A stretch of 64,000 nucleotides of DNA from Octopus sinensis. Lineage: Eukaryota. Within the stretch, counting starts at the first letter, position 1, and each line of letters starts with the position of its first letter. The notes under the pieces are model-generated. The model was not told where the DNA came from, did no database searches, and worked only from the letters and a program-made list of their open reading frames with translations. The position numbers were made by a program, and so were the translations under genes. The stretch is taken from assembly GCF_006345805.1 (NCBI RefSeq), contig NC_042997.1:210118001-210182000 (forward strand). The letters are read 5' to 3'. Shown here in pieces: positions 59,058 through 64,000 of this stretch.

Positions 59058-60129
59058 AGTCAAAAATTATCTGCACTTATCCCATAACATATTTATTATT
59101 GTCACACTTCCCTCTGCAGATGCCTGCTTATGGTTGGTACTATTGTGGTCAGATGATTGAAGTTTGAACCTGATCATGCCATTTTTCTTTCTGGCTTTAC
59201 AGTGTAAGCATGGCCACTCCACTAGCAACATACACCAAAGAAGATCAAAGAGCAGAGATCCAGTTTCTCTGGTCGAAAAGTGTGTCAGGTGTTGAAATTC
59301 ATCAGAGGCTTTTAGCACAATATGGTGACAGTGCACTACCGTGTAGTGGTGTGTAGGAGTGGATTGAGAATTTTAGAAGTAGGTGGACAAGCGTGACACA
59401 CGAAGAGGGAGCAGGACGTCCGTCAACTTCCACCACTGATAAAAAGGTTCAGCTAGCTCAAGAGATGGTAATGGTGAACCGGTTCGGCATTACCATCTCT
59501 TGGATCTCTGCTCTTTGTTCTTCTTTGGTGCACATAGGCACAGGAGTGGCTGTGTGGTAAGTAGCTTGCTAACCAACCACATGGTTCCAGGTTCAGTCCC
59601 ACTGCGCGGCATCTTGGACAAGTGTCTTCTGCTATAGCCCCGGGCCGACCAATGCCTTGTGAGTGGATTTGGTAGACGGAAACTGAAAGAAGCCCGTCGT
59701 ATATATGTATATATATATGTGTATGCGTGTGTGTTTGCGTGTCTGTGTTTGTCCCCCTAGCATTGCTTGACAACCAATGCTGGTGTGTTTACGTCCCCGT
59801 CACCTAGCGGTTCGGCAAAAAGACACCGATAGAATAAGTACTGGGCTTACAAAGAATAAGTCCCTGGGTCGATTTGCTCGACTAAAGGTGGTGCTCCAGC
59901 ATGGCCGCAGTCAAATGACTGAAACAAGTAAAAGATAAAAGAAGATGGCTAATGGAACAGCCATGCTTACAGTGTAAAGCCAGAAAGGAAAATGGTGCAG
60001 CCAGGCTCAAAACTTAAATCCCATGACCACAATAGTACCAACTATAAGCACGCATGTGCAGAAGTCGGTGTGACAATAATAAAGATGTGTTATGGTGGAA
60101 GCGTGGATAATTTTTTAGTTCCCCTCATA
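59058..60129. mobile_element. Mariner fold-back (two inverted 5' ends) with a SINE A insertion
   Basis: + arm ATG 59210 MATPLATYTKEDQRAEIQFLW...EWIENF...GAGRPSTS (one in-frame stop); palindromic junction caagagatggtaatggtgaaccggttcggcattaccatctcttg centred at 59480; - arm ends at TIR cccctcata 60129. Confidence 0.75.
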
Positions 60130-60789
60130 GTTATTAGGGACATTTGATGACAACTTTGAAAACTTCCCTAGCTGATTAACTTCCATTGCAAGTTGCTTGG
60201 TGACACGGTGCTGGTGCCATGTAAAAAGAAGCATCCAGTACACTCTGTAGTGTTTGGCATTAGGAAGGGCACAGAAACCAGGCCAGGACAAACAATGGAG
60301 ACTGGTGCAGCCTCACTAGTTCCCATCAAACTATCCAACCCATACCATCATTTAACATTGGTGTTAAGTAAAGATGATGATCATCAGCATCATTTAATGC
60401 CCATGATCAATGCTCAGATGGGTCGGATGGTTTGAGAAGGTCCAATGGGCCCAAAGACAGCATCATACTCCAGTTTCTGTTCTGATATCATCATCATCAT
60501 CATCATTTAACGTCTGCTTTCCATGCTGGCATGGGTTAGACGGTTCAACTGGGGTCTGGGGAGCCCGAAGGCTGCACCAGGCCAGTCGGATCTGGCAGTG
60601 TTTCTACAGCTGGATGCCCTTCCTAACGCCAACCACTCCGAGAGTGTAGTGGGTGATTTTATGTGCCACTGACACAGGTGCCAGACGAGGCTGGCAAACG
60701 GCCACGATCAGATGGTAGTTTTTACAACTAGATGCCCTTCCTAATGCTAACCTTTTACAGTGTACCGGCCCTAATGAGATTGCTATAAA

Positions 60790-61060
60790 GCTTGCGAGAT
60801 ACTTCCTCATCTTCTGTGACCATGGCATATGGTTTGGCCAACCCAAATGGATCTTCAGTGAAGAGAACACAGTAGCACAGTCTAACTCGGGAGACTAAGC
60901 AACATGGCCAAACACTTTGAGCTGATGCTCCTAAATCATACAAGTAACATGTGGAATATGTGCTTACACGAGGGACGTCAGCTGAAATGAGGTGAGGAAA
61001 GAATTTTAAACAAGAAGAATTCAATGTGGTGCACAAGAGAGAAGAATGAAAGAGTATGGC
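60790..61060 (-). mobile_element. Possible decayed RTE-like LINE C-terminal fragment
   Basis: HQLKVFGHVA* resembles the RLxWFGHVxR motif; heavily decayed. Confidence 0.35.
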
Positions 61061-61291
61061 GATTGAAGGGTGACAGTTTGGGAAGGAAATGGTAAAAGGA
61101 AGGAAATTCCATGAGAGTCTGGACCAAGGAAGACTGGGAAAGAAATGGTAAAGAGTTTGGCCCTTGCAAAGATGGTGACAATGATAGAAGAGTAGTGTAA
61201 CAGGGATGTAACAAAGATTATGTAACAAGAACAGTGTAACAGCAATGTATCAGTAATGTAACAAGGGTGTTGTAACAGTAATAAAACAGGT

Positions 61292-62460
61292 ATGTAACAA
61301 GAATGTAACATGAACGTAACAAGAATATAACATGAACGTAACAAGAATGTAACATGAACATAACATGAATGAAACAAGAACATAAGAATGTAAGATGAAC
61401 GTTACAAGAACATAAGAATGTAACATGAACGTAACGAGAATGTAACATGAACATAACAAGAATGTAACATGAACGTAACAAGAATGTAGCAAGAACATAA
61501 GAATGTAAGATGAACATAACAAGAATGTAACATGAACATAACAAGAACATATGAACGTAACATGAACATAACAAGAATGTAACATGAACGTAACAAGAAT
61601 ATAACATGAACGTAACAAGAATGTACCATGAACATAACATGAATGTAACATGAACATAAGAATGTAACATGAACGTAACAAGAATGTAAGATGAACGTTA
61701 CAAGAACATAAGAATGTAACATGAACGTAACGAGAATGTAACATGAACGTAACATGAACATAACAAGAATGTAACATGAACGTAACAAGAATGTAACATG
61801 AATGTAACAAGAACATAAGAATGTAACATGAACGTAACAAGAATGTAACATGAATGCAACAAGAACATAAGAATGTAACATGAACATAACAAGAATGTAA
61901 CATGAACGTAACAAGAATGTAACATGAACATAACATGAATGTAACAAGAACATAAGAATGTAACATGAACGTAACAAGAATGTAACATGAACATAAGAAT
62001 GTAACATGAACGTAACAAGAATGTAACATGAACATAAGAATGTAACAAGAACATAAGAATGTAAGATGAACATAACAAGAATGTAACATGAATATAAGAA
62101 TGTAACATGAACGTAACAAGAACATAAGAATGTAACATGAACATAACAAGAATGTACCATGAATGTAACAAGAACATAAGAATGTAACATGAACGTAACA
62201 AGAATGTAACATGAATGTAACAAGAACATAAGAATGTAACATGAACGTAACAAGAACATAAGAATGTAACATGAACGTAACAAGAATGTACCATGAATGT
62301 AACAAGAACATAAGAATGTAACATGAACGTAACAAGAATGTAACAAGAACATAAGAATGTAAGATGAACATAACAAGAATGTAACATGAATATAAGAATG
62401 TAACATGAACGTAACAAGAATGTAACAAGAACATGAAAGTGACAAGAACGTAACAAGAAA
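61292..62460. repeat. Satellite built from 11-bp monomers (gtaacaagaat / gtaacatgaac) plus an 8-bp variant (ataagaat)
   Basis: About 1.17 kb of irregularly ordered monomers. Confidence 0.95.
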
Positions 62461-62677
62461 GTGACGGCTGCTGTAATAAGTAAAAAGACAAACCGAACTA
62501 ATTTTGTAGTCGACTTTATTGGTACAAAGTGTAATTAAAATACATAAAATGTGTTTTGGTAGCGAAACTACTCTATACCAGTGTCTTAGAGTTGGTGCAA
62601 TATGTAGTAGTAGTAGTAGTAGTAGTAATACAAGCTATACAGCATGATTAGGACAACAATATAGAAATTAGCATAGA

Positions 62678-62722
<45 letters not shown>

Positions 62723-62886
62723 TCACACATAAATATGTAATGTGTGAATGTGTTTGTGTTTACATTTGTTTGTATGTGTGTGTATATTCATATATGTACA
62801 GTTATATATACATATATGAGTATTAATGCATGTGTGTATGTATGTATGTATGTATGTATGTATGTATATATATATTTGTTCATAAA

Positions 62887-62921
<35 letters not shown>

Positions 62922-63724
62922 TCAAGCAAGACCCCAGGTTGTATCATTGACAGATTACCAATCAAAGTCAATTTTCGCAATGAAATGACTGGGGGGTGGG
63001 GGTGCAAAATGACCCCAGTTGCTCCCCGAACAAGTTGATGTCTTAATCTCCCTGCCCACCTATTGTCATCGTCGTCATCATCATCATCATCACCACTAGG
63101 CACCAAACTATCATTTAATTATCATCAAGTAATTAATAATCAATACGCATAAATTTTCTTCGCCAACCAGCCATCCAACAAGCCAACCAACCAACGGACA
63201 CTTGGCAGAGCCAAAGAGGAAACCCTCTACTCACTCAACCTGCTAGAAATAGCAGCGACATCTCCCTCAAAATATGATAATGTAGTCATAGATTTCCCCT
63301 GAAAAGACAGGATGGTCACAACTGGAATGTCTTTGATCAGAAGTGTGTTCCCTAAGAAATTACATGGGGGTTATACAACATCAACAACATTGGGTTTCAT
63401 ATCTTTCATATCAATATTAGGCCTGTCTCGCAAGCAAGGTACCATGCCAACCCTCACACACACACACACACACCCATGTACCACATCAGCTTACCAGCAT
63501 CTGTCTGACCCCACAACACATACAAGGTACCTCACCGATCTATACACACAAGGTACCACAATCAGTGACACACATGGTACCATGCAAACTACACTCATAC
63601 AAAAGGTACCACATGTTCCCACCCCCAGTCCCAAACACTAAGTACCTACGAACAATTTCAATAGGAAAACAATGGCTACTTTTGACCTAAACACAGCAAA
63701 AGTGTCACATGACAGGAAGATTAC

Positions 63725-64000
63725 AGAGACATACATACACATATATATATATGCACACACAAACACATATACACACACACATATATGCACACATACACAT
63801 ATACACACATACATACACATATATATATGCACACACATATGCATATACACACATACATACACATATATATATGCACACATATACACATATACACACATAC
63901 ATACACATATATATATGCACACATATATATGCACACACATACACATATACACACACATACACACATATATATATATGCACACACATACATACACACATAC
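63725..64000. repeat. (CA/TA)n compound microsatellite
   Basis: acacatatatatgcacacatacacat repeats to the window end; similar tracts at 47220-47390, 48145-48335, 50920-51260. Confidence 0.95.

Larger units (their letters stand above)
1945..59943. mobile_element. SINE family A (tRNA-type head, central (TA/CA)n, AAAAGAGT-like tail), about 20 dispersed copies
   Basis: Consensus head gcaggagtggctgtgtggtaag...ggttcagtcccactgcgtggcaccttgggcaagtgtcttc, tail cagtcaaatgactgaaacaagtaaaaga. Near-full copies: 2759-3169(-), 16606-17008(-), 29669-30075(+), 30281-30702(-), 33459-33850(+), 43849-44250(+), 52082-52445(+), 53402-53795(+), 59536-59943(+), plus many partial copies. The span given runs from first to last copy. 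Confidence 0.9.
215..60760. mobile_element. RTE-LINE-3'-tail-like element family with (GAT)n/(CAT)n end, more than 30 dispersed copies
   Basis: Recurrent block aggaagggcatccagctgtagaaactctgccagatcag...ccgtccaacccatgccagcatggaaagcggacgttaaacgatgatgat in both orientations, e.g. 2200-2485, 4065-4420, 7765-8160, 8870-9190, 10080-10357, 14690-14960, 18945-19230, 29170-29460, 37110-37580, 54890-55520, 58560-59056. The span given runs from first to last copy. Confidence 0.85.

Noticed and set aside
46956-64000. A second host protein-coding gene or a defined PHKB poly(A) site in the 3' region
   Set aside because: Only transposon-derived peptides were recognisable; several AATAAA hexamers occur in AT-rich repeats and none can be chosen from sequence alone

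Overview
AT-rich, microsatellite- and SINE-dense animal genomic DNA. The repeat families match my recollection of Octopus genomes; the species is an inference. Bases 718-46955 (+) hold 23 coding exons of the phosphorylase b kinase regulatory subunit beta gene (PHKB). All 22 introns are GT-AG with consistent phases, giving a 3122-nt spliced partial CDS (about 1039 aa) that ends in a CAAX motif (CLLS*). The roughly 50 N-terminal residues lie upstream of the window. Introns and the 17-kb 3' flank contain tRNA-derived SINEs, RTE-type (GAT)n-tailed elements, RTE/CR1 LINE fragments, Tc1/mariner relics (including two fold-back derivatives), piggyBac-like MITEs, a Helitron helicase fragment, a Penelope GIY-YIG fragment and several satellites. 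Main leads: (1) PHKB codons where a genomic A replaces the G that would give the residue I recall as conserved (WKRG vs WERG, and two H vs R sites), which are candidate restorative A-to-I recoding sites in a locus rich in dsRNA-forming repeats; (2) three separate families of decayed minimal type I hammerhead-ribozyme motifs with non-canonical cores (31590, 48907/54421, 49415/53971), probably Penelope- or retrozyme-derived; (3) long hairpins just downstream of the PHKB stop codon. Coordinates were read by eye, and all homology statements come from memory, not database searches.
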